Source: Mustelus asterias
Lineage: Eukaryota
Direction: 5' to 3'
NCBI RefSeq assembly: GCF_964213995.1
Contig: NC_135823.1
Location: 744,001 to 808,000, forward strand
DNA length: 64,000 nt
A model generated the notes under the pieces. It had not been told where the DNA came from, did no database searches, and saw only the letters and a list, made by a program, of their open reading frames with translations. How positions within the stretch are numbered: position 1 is the stretch's first letter; each line of letters starts with the position of its first letter. A program made the position numbers and the translations under genes. Of this stretch, positions 24,901 to 35,319 are shown piece after piece.

Positions 24901-27900
24901 AAAATGAAGAAGGGGATAGATAGAGTGAACGTTCAAAGACTATTCCCTCGGGTGGATGGAGCTATTACAAGGCGGCATAACTATAGGCTTCATGGTGGGA
25001 GATATAGGAAGGATATCAGAGGTAGGTTCTTTACGCAGAGAGTGGTTGGGGTGTGGAATGGACTGCCCAGTGATAGTGGAGTCAGACACTTTAGGAACAT
25101 TTAAGCAGTTATTGGATAGGCACATGGAGCACACCAGGATGATAGGGAGTGGGATAGCTTGATCTTGGTTTCAGATAAAACTCGGCACAACATCGTGGGC
25201 CGAAGGGACTGTTCTGTGCTGTACTGTTCTATGCTCTATGTATTACCCCCCCCCCCCCTGAATATTATTGCTCACCTGCTCTGCCTTTCTTCCAAATCCA
25301 AATGGACAGAAACACCCAGAGTGGAATCGGGATCACCAGGACAGTTATGACAGTAGGATGTTCCAGATTGCAAAATCCTACAGAGGGAAAAAAAATCGAA
25401 ACTGTTGCTGAGTCAAATCATTTTTTCTGGGCTTCAAGGATGTCAAACTGAACGCAGGCAGAGTAGCCACTTGAGATTCAATGGTTTTACCATCACTGAA
25501 TCCCACACTTAAGCACGATGGCTATAAGTGCATTTTCGAGGTTGGGATTCCTGCGGTGGAACTCACCACCTGACTCCCCAAAAGCTCTCCACTGTCTGCA
25601 AAACACAATTCAGAACTGTGATGGAGTACTTCCCACTGGCCTACTTGGGTGCGCTCAAAACACTCAATAAGCTTGACTCCATCCAGGACAAAGGAGCCCG
25701 CTTGTTTGGCACCACATCCACTACCTCCACCACTCAACACTCAGAAGCAGCAGTGCGCATCATCTACTAGATGCACTGCATCAATTCACCAAAGATACTT
25801 AGACAGACCATGAGCCCACAAGAGCATAATTTCAGAAGACATGGGAGCAGAATTAGATCTCTTGTTCCATCGATTGTGCTCCGCCATTCAATCATGGCTG
25901 ATATTTTTCTCATCCCCATTCTCCTCTCTTTTTCCAATAACCACAGTTCCCCTTATTAAACAAGAACCTATCTACCTCTGTCTCAAAGACACTCAATGAC
26001 TTGGCCTCCACAGCTTTCTTCGGCAAATAGTTCCACAGATTCACCACTCTCCGGCTGAAGCAATTCCTGCTCATCTCTGTTTTAAAGGATTGCCCTTTTA
26101 GCCTGATGTTGTGCTCACTGGTTCTAGTTTTTCCTCCTAGTGGAAAGTTCCTCTCCACGTCCACTCTACCGAGGCCTCGCAGTATCCAATAAGTTTCAAT
26201 CAGATCCCCCCCTCATCCTCCTAAACTCCAATGAGTACAGACCCAGAGTCTTCAACCGTTGCTCAGACGATAAACTCTTCATTCCAGGGTCATTCTTGTT
26301 AACCTCCTCTCGACCCTTTCCAAGGCCAACACATCCTTCCTTAGATATGGGGCCCAGAACTGCTCATGATACTCCAAATGGTTTCTGACCAGAGCCTGAT
26401 ACATCCTCAGAAGTACATCCCTGCTCTTGTATTCTCGCCCTCTCGACTTGAATGCTTACATTGCATTTGCCTTCCTAGCTCCCAATGAAACGTGCACATT
26501 AACCTTAAGAGAATCTTGTCCTCTGGTACAGTCCCTGGCTTCAGTGCTACTTGAAAGATCACCACTAATGCCTCCAAAATTTCCTCAGCTATCACCTTTA
26601 GAAACCTATTGAGTAGTCCATCCGGTCCAGGTTATTCATCCACATTCTCAACTTCCTGTTTCCCCAGAACCTTCTCCTTAGTGATGGCCACGACACTCAC
26701 CTGTGCCCCTTGAGTCTCCAGGAGCTCTGACATCCCACTGATGTTTTCCACAGTGACTACTGATGCAAAATAACCATTCAGTTCCTCTGCCATTACTTTG
26801 TTTCCTATCATTACTTCTCCAGCCTCATATTCCAGTGGTCCAGTGGCTATTTTTCTCTTACCTTTTATATATTGGAAAAAAACACTCTTCCTATCTTCTT
26901 CTATATTATTAGCTAGCTTACACTCATATTTCATCCTTTCCCCTCTTATTGCTTTGTTAGTTGTCCTCTGCTCGCTTTTAAAGGCTTCCCAATCCTCTGG
27001 CTTCCCAATAATCCTTGCCACTTTGCATGCTTTTTCTTTTGCTTTTATGCTGTCGTTGACTTCCCGCGGCAGCCATGGATACTTCGGCCTCCCCTTAGCA
27101 TGTTTCCTCTTCTTTGGGATAAATTTCTGTTGTGTCTCCCGAATAACTCGCAAAAACTCTTGCCATTGCAGTTCCACTGTCTTCCCTGCTAGGCTCCTTT
27201 CCAAACTACTCTGGCCATTCCTCCCTTGTGTGTTTTTAGTTACCTTAACTTAATTGTAATACCGTTTCATCTGACTCCAGCTTCTCCCGCTCAAACTGCA
27301 GGGTAAATTCTATCATATTGTGGTCACTGCTCCCCGAGGTTTCCTTCACCTTAAGTTCCCTAATCAAGTCTGCCTCATTACGTATCACTAAATCTAGAAT
27401 TGCCTATTCCCTAGTCGGCTCTGTCACAAGCTGCTCCAAACAAAATCTCTTGGACATTCCACAAATTCATTTTCTTTGGTACACTACTTGCCTGATTTTC
27501 CCAGTCCACCTGCATATTGAAGTCCCCCATGATTATTGTAATGTTGCCCTTATTATATGCCTTCTTTATCGCCTGATTTATTTTCTGCCGCACATCCTGA
27601 CTACTGCTAGGGGGCCTGTACATAACTCCCATCAGGGTATTTTTACATTTGCGATTCCTCAAGTCTACCCTATTAGATTCCATGCTTTCTGGTCCTATAT
27701 CACTTCTTGCTATAGACTTAACTTCATTCCTTACAAACAATGCAACCTAGCCCACTTTGCCCATCGTCCTGACCTTCGAACAGGACACATATCGTTGGAT
27801 ATTTAGATACCAGCCCTGATCCCCTTGCAGCCACGCCCTTGTCCACATTGTACCAGCCAGTGCCAACGTGTGCAACAAGCCCATTTACCTTGTTCCGTAT

Positions 27901-30900
27901 ACTGCATGGATTTCGGTACAACACCCTCAGTCCTGCATTGGCCACCTCCCTTCGCATATTTGTCACAGTTTTTTGCTCTGCCTGATGTCAGATTCCTGCC
28001 ACTTTCTATACTCTCTATTCTATTACGTGGTCTGTAAAGTTTGCTACCCTCTCCTGAGCCCTCAGCTCCATTACCCTGCACTTCCACCCTGTACTTTAAC
28101 TTCGATTTTTTGATTCTCCACACAACTAAACCCTCCCCCCGCTTTATTTAGTTTAATGACCTATCTCCAGCGCTAGTTATACGAATCGCCAGGAATCTGG
28201 TCCCAGCACAATTCAGATGAAGACCATCCCATCGGAACATGTCCCCTCTTCCCCAAGACTGGTGTCAATGTCCCATGAATTCAAACCCATTGTTTCCTCT
28301 CCAATCTTTGAGCCACGCATTTACCTACTTAATGTTATCGACCCTGTGCCAATTTGCTTGTGGCTCAGGTAGTAATCCAGTGATTATTACCTTTTTGGTT
28401 CTGCTTTTAATTTCGCTCCTTGATTTTCATACTCCCTAAGCAGAAACTTTGTCCTTGTTATACCTATGCCATTGGTACCAACGTGGACAACGACAATTGG
28501 GGACTTTACCCTCCCACTCAAAGTTCTTCTGCAGCCCTGATGAGGTATCACTGACACAAGCACCAGGCAGGCAACACAACATTCCGGTTTCTCAATCCTG
28601 GTCACAGAGAACAGTGTCAATGTCCCTAACTATACAATCCAAAATTAGGACTTCATTTCTTTTTTCTCCCCCCACTTGAACGGCTCCCAGTACCACGGTG
28701 CCGTGGTGACAGCACCTTCAAAACCTACCATCACTTCGATCTAGAAGGACAAGGGGCGGCACGGTAGCACAGTGGTTGGGGCGGCACGGTAGCACAGTGG
28801 TTAGCACTGCTGCTTCACAGCTCCAGGGTCCCGGGTTCGATTCCCGGCTCGGGTCACTGTCTGTGTGGAGTTTGCACATTCTCCTCGTGTCTGCGTGGGT
28901 TTCCTCCGGGTGCTCCGGTTTCCTCCCACAGTCCAACGATGTGCGGGTTAGGTTGATTGGCCAGGTTAAAAATTGTCCCTGAGATGCGTAGTTCGAGGGA
29001 TTAGCGGGTAAATATGTGGGGGTAGGGCCTGGGTGGGATTGTGGTCGGTGCAGACTCGATGGGCCGAATGGCCTCCTTCTGCACTGTAGGGTTTCTATGA
29101 TTTCTATGATTTCTACAAGGACAGCAGATACTGGAAGCACCACCAATTGCAAGTTCCCCTCTGAGCCACTCAGTACAATTACTTCGAAGGATATTGGCCA
29201 TTTCTTCACAGTCGCTCGGTAAATATTCTCGAATTTCCTCTCTAACAGCTCTGCAGGTCAACCCACAGCACATGGACTGCAGCGTTTTATGAATACAAAT
29301 CACCACCATCTTCCCAAAGGCAATTAAGAATAGGAAATAAATGCTGGCATCGCCGCACGAATATATTTAGAAAACAGTTGAAAAATTGTAATTTTAAACT
29401 CGGGTGTGAAATGAAAATAAACAACACACGGAATAGCTAGCAACCCGTGAATGAAGAGGATGGAATGAATGACATTATTCTTGCGAGTAGGGATCAATAA
29501 TCTGACAGGCCTGACAGGATAGTACCACATTCAGAGTGTATCAAGTTGTATGATAAACGCAAGACGCCAACACTTATTTGAAAACGGAATCATATAATAA
29601 TACAGGCCCACAGCGTCCTCGCTGTGCCTTTGAAAGATCTGTTGGAATAGAGCTGCTCGACCTATTTTTCTCTCACAGCCTTGCACATTTCTCACCACCG
29701 CGTCCACATGCAATTCCAGTTGTTAAACGTATTGTTATATATGCTTCCATTGGCCTTTCAGACGTGGTACAGATCACTCGATCAAACAGCGTCAAATAAT
29801 CTAAATATCCAAATTCTGTGAAGCGATAGCTCCTGAGATTGGATTACAGGTATTAGCAATTAAAAATTAAACAGGGACCAGATGGAAACCAAGGATTGTG
29901 AAGTGAGATTCTGGGAAATTGAGCTAATGCCTCAGAAAAAAAAAACTCTTGTTTGTTTTCTGAACGCAAAGCGCATCCACGATAGGACTTACCCCAATTC
30001 AATTCCAAAATCCATTGTCTGAAAAGGGCGGTAGAAGCAGATTCAATAATAACTTTCAACAGGGAAAACAGAGAAATTTAAGTTTATTGAGTGGTATAAC
30101 AAGTAGGCTTACATTAACACGGCAATGAAATTAGTGTGATAATCCCCTAAACGCCACACTCCAGCGCCTGTTCAGGTACACTGAAGGAGAAATTAGAATA
30201 ACAAATGCAGCTGGGCAACACGTTTTTCGGACTGTTGGAAGAAGCCGGAGCACCCGGAGGAAACCTACGCAGAGTCGGGGAGAACGTGCAGACTCTGCAC
30301 TGACAGTGACCCAAGCCTGGAATTGAACTGTGGTACATGGCGCGATGAGGCAGCAGTGCTCACCTCTGTGCCACTGTGCCGACCATATTTCCTTGAAAGA
30401 TCTGTTGGAATAGAGCTGCTCGACCGATTTTTCTCTCACAGCCTTGCACATTTCTCACCACCGCGTCCACATGCAATTCCAGTTGTAAAACGTATGAAGT
30501 TTATTATTTAGTGTCACAAGAAGGCTTACATTAACACTGCAATCAAGTTACTGCGAAATTCCGCTAGATCTAGTTATGGGGTGACGTAGTTAAAATTGGA
30601 GGTTTCTACCCGTCAATTCACAAAGAAGAAAGACCAAAGAACAAAGAACAATACAGCACAGGAACAGGCCCTTCGGCCCTCCAAACCTACACCGATCATG
30701 TGTTCCTAACTAGACCATCCGTTTGTATCCCTCTATTCCTAGTCTGTTCATGTGGCTATCTAGATAAGTCTTTAATCCGAGCGTGTCTGCCTCAATCACC
30801 TTGCTTGCGAGTGCATTCCAGGCCCCCACCACCCTCGATGTAAAATACGTCCCCCGCATATCTGTATTGAACATTGCCCCCCTTAACTTGAACATGTGAC

Positions 30901-32661
30901 CCCTTGTGTTTGTCATTTCTGACCTGGGAAAAAGCTTCCAACTCTTCACCCTATCTATGCCCTTCATAATTTTATAAACTTCTATTTGGTCGCCCCTCAA
31001 CCTTCTTCTTTCCAGTGAGCACAATCCTAGTTTACTCAATCTCTCCTCATAGCTAATACACTCCATACCAGGCAACATCCTTGTAAACCTTTTCTGCACT
31101 CTCTCCAAAGCCTCCACGCCCTTCTGCTAGTGTGCCGACCAGAACTGGACGCAGTATTCCAAATGTGGCCTAACCAACGTTCTATATAACTGAACGACTT
31201 CAGTTTATTAGTTTCTGGTACTTTGTCCCAATTGATTAGGAATTGAATTCAAAACACCATTGTGGAAATTAACAACTCACCTGTCCCAGTCTCTGCTGCT
31301 GTGGAGAACGACACACTCTTTGTCAAGTATTTCCCTGGAATTCCCAGTTCAACAATGCAAGTACAGACAGCGCCACTTCTCCAAATGTCCGCCGACACCA
31401 TGACATGAGTTCTGATGCTGTGGGTCCCGTCTTCTTCCATTGTCCCGGGATCACTCGATCCCTCAGTGACCTGGCCGGAAATATTCCAGAAAATAGCAAT
31501 CTGGTTGGAAGAAACTCCACTGACCAAACACACTAAAGGCACGGTGTCATTCAAATCCAGCTCACCTGGCGGGATAAATACCAGCACCGCCGTCTTCGTG
31601 GTGGAACTGTCTGGACAGATTGGGACAAAGTTAATGATTAATTTGCTCAAAATGCTAATGCCGTGCACAATCTGAATTAAGTACGCTTGATCTCTTACCT
31701 CCAACCAGGAGTGTGTGTCCATTCCGGAATGGTGCAGTCCCAGCTATATCGAAACAGTGGTAAGAACCCGAGTCATTCGTCTGGACATTGCGAATTCTCA
31801 GAATCAATGCATTTGCTGGGTTGCCTTTTTCAGAAATATATTTGCAATCGGCCCCAATACAAGATGCAGTGTTTATTCGTATCGGGGCTTCACCCAAACG
31901 CTGTTTGTACCAAGCACAGTTAGACACCCAAAACACTTCAGAAGTCACATAATAGGACAATTCCACCTCCTGGCCCACTTCAGCTGTCATTGTGAAGGGG
32001 ATTTGAGACAGAGAGGACTCGGATTCTGTAACTAGAAAGATTATTGCTACGTTACCACCGATTTTGAAATATCTGCAGCGGTCTCTTAAAAAAAATACCT
32101 CGCCTGCATTTAAAGCTTCTAGTTTATCTATTAGTGTCACCGACAGGCTTACGTTAACACTGCAATGAAGCTATGGTGAAAATGCCCCAGTCGCCACACT
32201 TCGGTGCCTGTTCGGGCACACTGAGGGAGAATGTAGCCCGGCCAATGCACCAAACCAGCACGTCTTTCGAACTGTGGGCACCCGCGGTAAACACACGCAA
32301 ACAATGGGAGAACGCGTGGACCAGCACAGGCAGTGGCCAAGCTGGGAATTGGTACTCTGTCCCTGGTGCTGTGAGGCCACTGTTGCACCATGCCGCTCAA
32401 ATTAATTATTCTTTGTCATCATTGTTGGTTAAATGTATTCTTCAGTTTATATCTTCTTCGCTTTATGGGTGGAAGCAATAAATGAACCGATATGATCAGG
32501 TCAGATTCCTCCACCTGATCACTGGCTCACGTTTTCAGCTTAGAAAACTCTCCTTCTGGTTTATAAAAGTGATTTTGCTTAAAATTCCCTCCTGCCTCTT
32601 ACTCACAGTGAAGACATTGTAGTTGGAAAATGAGTGTCACAGATAAGGAGCCTTTCGCCAT
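18493..32661 (-). CDS. Gene A: germline-joined V(J)-C1-TM-cytoplasmic IgSF receptor (TCR/Ig-light-chain-like architecture, non-rearranging), ~344 aa, 8 coding exons
   Basis: Manually spliced exons: 32661-32607, 32031-31699, 31610-31281, 25377-25276, 24104-24074, 23850-23804, 22661-22612, 18579-18493 (sum 1035 nt). Intron phases 1,1,1,1,2,1,0 all join in frame; all introns are GT-AG except one GC-AG. Protein: [19 protein letters not shown] / [30 protein letters not shown] / C1 / [34 protein letters not shown] / ..[28 protein letters not shown]. Confidence 0.8.
18895..20020 (-). mobile_element. CR1 LINE 3' fragment
   Basis: [46 protein letters not shown]. Confidence 0.85.
21620..22140. repeat. 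(CA)n/(CT)n-rich microsatellite region
   Basis: Long CA runs, e.g. 21908-21948. Confidence 0.9.
22612..22661 (-). CDS. Gene A exon 7, cytoplasmic ([17 protein letters not shown]), GC donor
   Basis: CTTTGTTCCACAG acceptor; CAG|GCAAGT donor (GC-AG consensus); 50 nt, phase 1-0, which is the phase needed to join exons 6 and 8. Confidence 0.6.
23065..23750 (+). repeat. SINE with internal ~52-bp unit expanded to ~8 tandem copies
   Basis: Unit ~AAAGATGTGCAGGTTAGGTGGATTGGCCATGCTAAATTGCCCCTTAGTGTCC repeated at 23218-23640. Confidence 0.85.
23804..23850 (-). CDS. Gene A exon 6, cytoplasmic ([16 protein letters not shown])
   Basis: Long pyrimidine tract ..TTCAGTTTTAG acceptor (alternative in-frame start at 23856), CGG|GTAAGT donor; phase 2-1. 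Confidence 0.7.
24074..24104 (-). CDS. Gene A exon 5, cytoplasmic mini-exon ([10 protein letters not shown])
   Basis: TCTTGTTTCAG|CAG tandem acceptor, AAG|GTGAGT donor; 31 nt, phase 1-2. Confidence 0.65.
24178..25240 (+). mobile_element. CR1 LINE 3' fragment (gene A intron 4)
   Basis: [39 protein letters not shown]; tail TTCTATG; 21-nt 5' tandem duplication TGGTGGTGGATGGAACATTTT. Confidence 0.9.
25276..25377 (-). CDS. Gene A exon 4, stalk Cys + transmembrane segment
   Basis: T8CCCTCTGTAG acceptor, CAG|GTGAGC donor; 102 nt, phase 1-1. Encodes [34 protein letters not shown] with a basic stop-transfer sequence. Confidence 0.8.
25830..28710 (-). mobile_element. CR1 LINE with ORF1 esterase-like and endonuclease remnants, internally deleted (gene A intron 3)
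   Basis: [11 protein letters not shown] (ORF1), GVMYRPP..IIMGDFN (APE), [12 protein letters not shown], 3' SRRVVNLW. Confidence 0.8.
28753..29114 (+). mobile_element. Young HE1-like tRNA-derived SINE with CR1-type tail
   Basis: A/B boxes (GGTAGCACAGTGG, GGTTCGATTCC), (TTCTATGAT) tail, ACAAGG target duplication (28749, 29115), duplicated 5' head. Confidence 0.9.
30625..31195 (-). mobile_element. CR1 LINE 3' end
   Basis: [33 protein letters not shown]; tail (TGTTCTT)-like. Confidence 0.9.
31281..31610 (-). CDS. Gene A exon 3, Ig C1-set domain
   Basis: TGTCCAG acceptor, CAG|GTGAGT donor, 330 nt. Motifs [32 protein letters not shown] are typical of antigen-receptor C1 domains. Confidence 0.92.
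31699..32031 (-). CDS. Gene A exon 2, Ig V-set domain with J-like G strand in the same exon
   Basis: TCTTTCTAG acceptor, GAG|GTAAGA donor. V motifs: LSQ, G-Q-E-V-E-L-S, WYKQ, LxIxNVQxxDSGxYxC. J-like [10 protein letters not shown]. The B-strand Cys position is Tyr. Confidence 0.9.
32607..32661 (-). CDS. Gene A exon 1, signal peptide [18 protein letters not shown]
   Basis: aagATGG start context; 55-nt hydrophobic leader; phase-1 donor T|GTGAGT. Confidence 0.8.
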
Positions 32662-32900
32662 CTTGATAGAGATTTCCTTGTATTCTGTCTGACTGGTTTC
32701 CTTCTGGAGGCACAATGGCTGCAGACTGACCTGGTCTGAATCGCATTGAGTTGGGCTTTTCAGATTCGTTGGAAACTATGACGAGCTCTGCTGTGGAAAT
32801 TGTGACACCATTGTGGTGAAGTGTTCGGTTGAATACGACAGTCGTTTGACATATCTCACCGTTTGTGTGACCCAACTGGTCGTACACATAACCAATAACT
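32662..32900 (-). promoter_or_regulatory. Putative proximal promoter/5'UTR of gene A
   Basis: Non-repeat sequence directly upstream of the ATG. Contains RUNX-type TGTGGT (32812-32817), GGAAA (32771, 32795) and a TGACG half-site (32779). These motifs are short, so support is weak. Confidence 0.3.
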
Positions 32901-34054
32901 TTTCTGGAAAATAGGTCACAGTACGACTGGACGGATGTATGCTGAATCCTATTCGCGATTAAATATTTATTATTAATGGACATAACCGTGGCTCGCTAGC
33001 ATTTATTGCCATTCTTAGCTGCCCGAGGACAGTTGAGAACCAACCACATTGCTCTGGCTCTGAGGTCACATGTAGGCAATACCAGGTACGGACGGCAGAT
33101 TTCCTTCCCTAAAGGGCATCAGTGAACCAGATAGGTTCTTTATCGTCAATCGACAACGGCTTCATGAGCCATCAGGAGTAGGTTCTTAATTCCAGATTTG
33201 TTTTATTTAACTCAAATTCCATCGTCTGCCGTGGCGAGATTTGAAACCATGTCCCCAGAGTATTAGTTGCGTTTCTGGATTAATAGTCTAGCGATAATAA
33301 CACAAGGCCATCGCCTCACCATAAATCGAAAATCAGCACTGAGATGGTGCTGCTGATCCAGTTTTTGAAAATCTATTCTGTCACCTCTCAGCCTTGTGTT
33401 CTTGAGTAAAAAGAGTCCCAGCCTGTTTTACCTTTCCTGTGATTTATGACATCTCAGTCCAGCTATCCTTCTTAGAAATCCTGGTTGCACCAATTCTAGT
33501 GTCACAATTTCTCTTTGCACCATGGAAGGGCGCAGATATGGACAGTTAGTCCAACTTCGAAACCAGATCTTCCATACAAAAAACAACTTATCCGTTTTAC
33601 AGGTATATTCACCTGCAGTTGGGTTTGTATTTTTCCAGTGAATTTAAGAAGCAACTTCAACAAGAAGAGTCGTGTGTCAAAATGATTCACTGCAACAAGG
33701 CGGCACGGTGGCACAATGATTAGCACTGCTGCCTCACAGTGTCAGGGACCTGGGTTCAATTCCTGATTTTGGTCACTATCTGTGCGGAATCAGCTTGTCT
33801 TCCTGTGGCTGCGTGGATTTCCTTCCGGTGCTCCAGTTTCCCCCCACACTCCGAAAGACGCCCTAGTTCGGTGCATTGACCGTGCTAAATTCTCCGTTAG
33901 TGTACCTGAACAGGCGACAGAGTGTGTCAACTCGGAGATTTTCACAGTAACTGCATTACAGTGTTAATGCAAGGCTACTTGTGATACAAAGAAATTTTTA
34001 AAAATCTAAATGCTCATTTGCAATCACATCGATTTGTAAACTGTGCATGACTTT

Positions 34055-34410
34055 AACCTTCTAGAGGTTTAGAAAATCAGGAAGGGCAATAGGTTTTACT
34101 CAGGGTAGGAAAGTCCAAACCTAGAGGGCATAGGTTGAAGGTGAGAGGGGAACGATTCTAAACGGACCTGAGGGGGAACCTCTTCACACAGATGGCGGTG
34201 ATAATGTGGAAGGAGCTGCCAGAGAAGGTTGTAGGGGCAGGGATAGCTACAACAATTTGGACAGGGATGTGAACGGGAAAGGTTTCGAGGGACATGGGAC
34301 AAACGTAGGCAAATGCGACTAGTTCAGGTGAGGAAACCTGGTTGGCATCGAAGAGTTGGCCAAAGGGCCTGTTTGTTTGCCGTATATCTCTCTCTAATTG
34401 TATAGTGGCC
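34055..34410 (+). mobile_element. CR1 LINE 3' fragment
   Basis: Degenerate TRGHRLKVRG..LRGNLFTQ coding. Confidence 0.6.
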
Positions 34411-35006
34411 TGTTCTCTGGTTATGCCAATCCACCCCAGGCTGCAGATACTCCTCAATCTGCAGTTGAAACTGAATTCCAGTGTTTGACCGTTGCAGGCA
34501 ACTCTGTACATGAAGCGCCTCCACACTTAAAACAGGAATGGCACTGACTGCTTTTGGCTACAGCATCATTTTCCATGTGAAGCATCAGGTGATGAAGTGG
34601 TCAGAATCTTGACCAGCCATTTCCGCCCCTCAGTGCGTTTTGCAGAGCCCCGAATGGGCTGTGGGGAAGGGTGTTTTGTCACTCACAGCATGCAGCCACG
34701 GTCACAGGCAATGCACCTCTTTGCAGCCGAGCCTCGCTCTCTGCGGCTGCCTCTCCTGACTCCCTTTTTCAAGATCAAGCATTTCTGCAAAATAGACACT
34801 CGGTAAGGCTCAACGCTCTCAGTTCAATTGCGATACTATAATTGGCGCAAAGAGTATTTCGAAGAAGTTTTTTGTTCGTTGTTCTTTGAACCCATTTTGT
34901 CAGTAACACCTTCCACCAGGCACCTCACATTTAGACTAATGTAGCTCATTAATTTTGGGGGCTAATCCCTTCACCAGCGGCTCACTGGGATCGCACTGCG
35001 TAATAT

Positions 35007-35009
<3 letters not shown>

Positions 35010-35075
<66 letters not shown>
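35010..35075. repeat. (CA)n microsatellite
   Basis: Near-perfect CA run. Confidence 0.95.
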
Positions 35076-35076
<1 letters not shown>

Positions 35077-35319
35077 GGTCATAAGTTAAAAAGATTGCTA
35101 CCTTCTGGAAATAGGTGGCAGGAGCAGAGGGATCACGGGAATACCGCAACCTTCAATTGCCAACCCGGCCGCACTCCACACTGATTGTACTGCCGTGGTT
35201 AGCACTGCTGCCTCACAGCACCAGGGACAAGGGTTCGATTCCCAGCTTGGGTCACTGTCTGTGCAGAGTCTGTACGTTCTCCCTGTGTCTGCGTGGCTTT
35301 GTTCCGGGTGCTCAGGTTT

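Noticed and set aside
28753-28860. tRNA genes
   Set aside because: The A/B boxes belong to SINE heads that continue into SINE bodies; there is no complete cloverleaf.
29324-29530. Hydrophobic ORF as the gene A TM exon
   Set aside because: It lacks suitable splice sites; 25377-25276 fits far better.
29993-30018. Minus-strand mini-exon (TTTTCAG|..GG|GTAAGT) in gene A intron 3
   Set aside because: It gives a TGA in the required phase-1 frame, and the acceptor side looks CR1-derived.
31249-32140. A rearranging TCR or Ig light-chain locus
   Set aside because: The J-like strand is in the V exon, there is no RSS, the TM has no charged residue, and there is a long Tyr-containing tail.
32604-32631. 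CACAGTG heptamer at the gene A leader donor, and many CACAGTG hits elsewhere, as RSS
   Set aside because: No ACAAAAACC-like nonamer at 12/23 spacing, and the position is wrong relative to V. Most other hits are the SINE A-box (GCACAGTGGTTAG).
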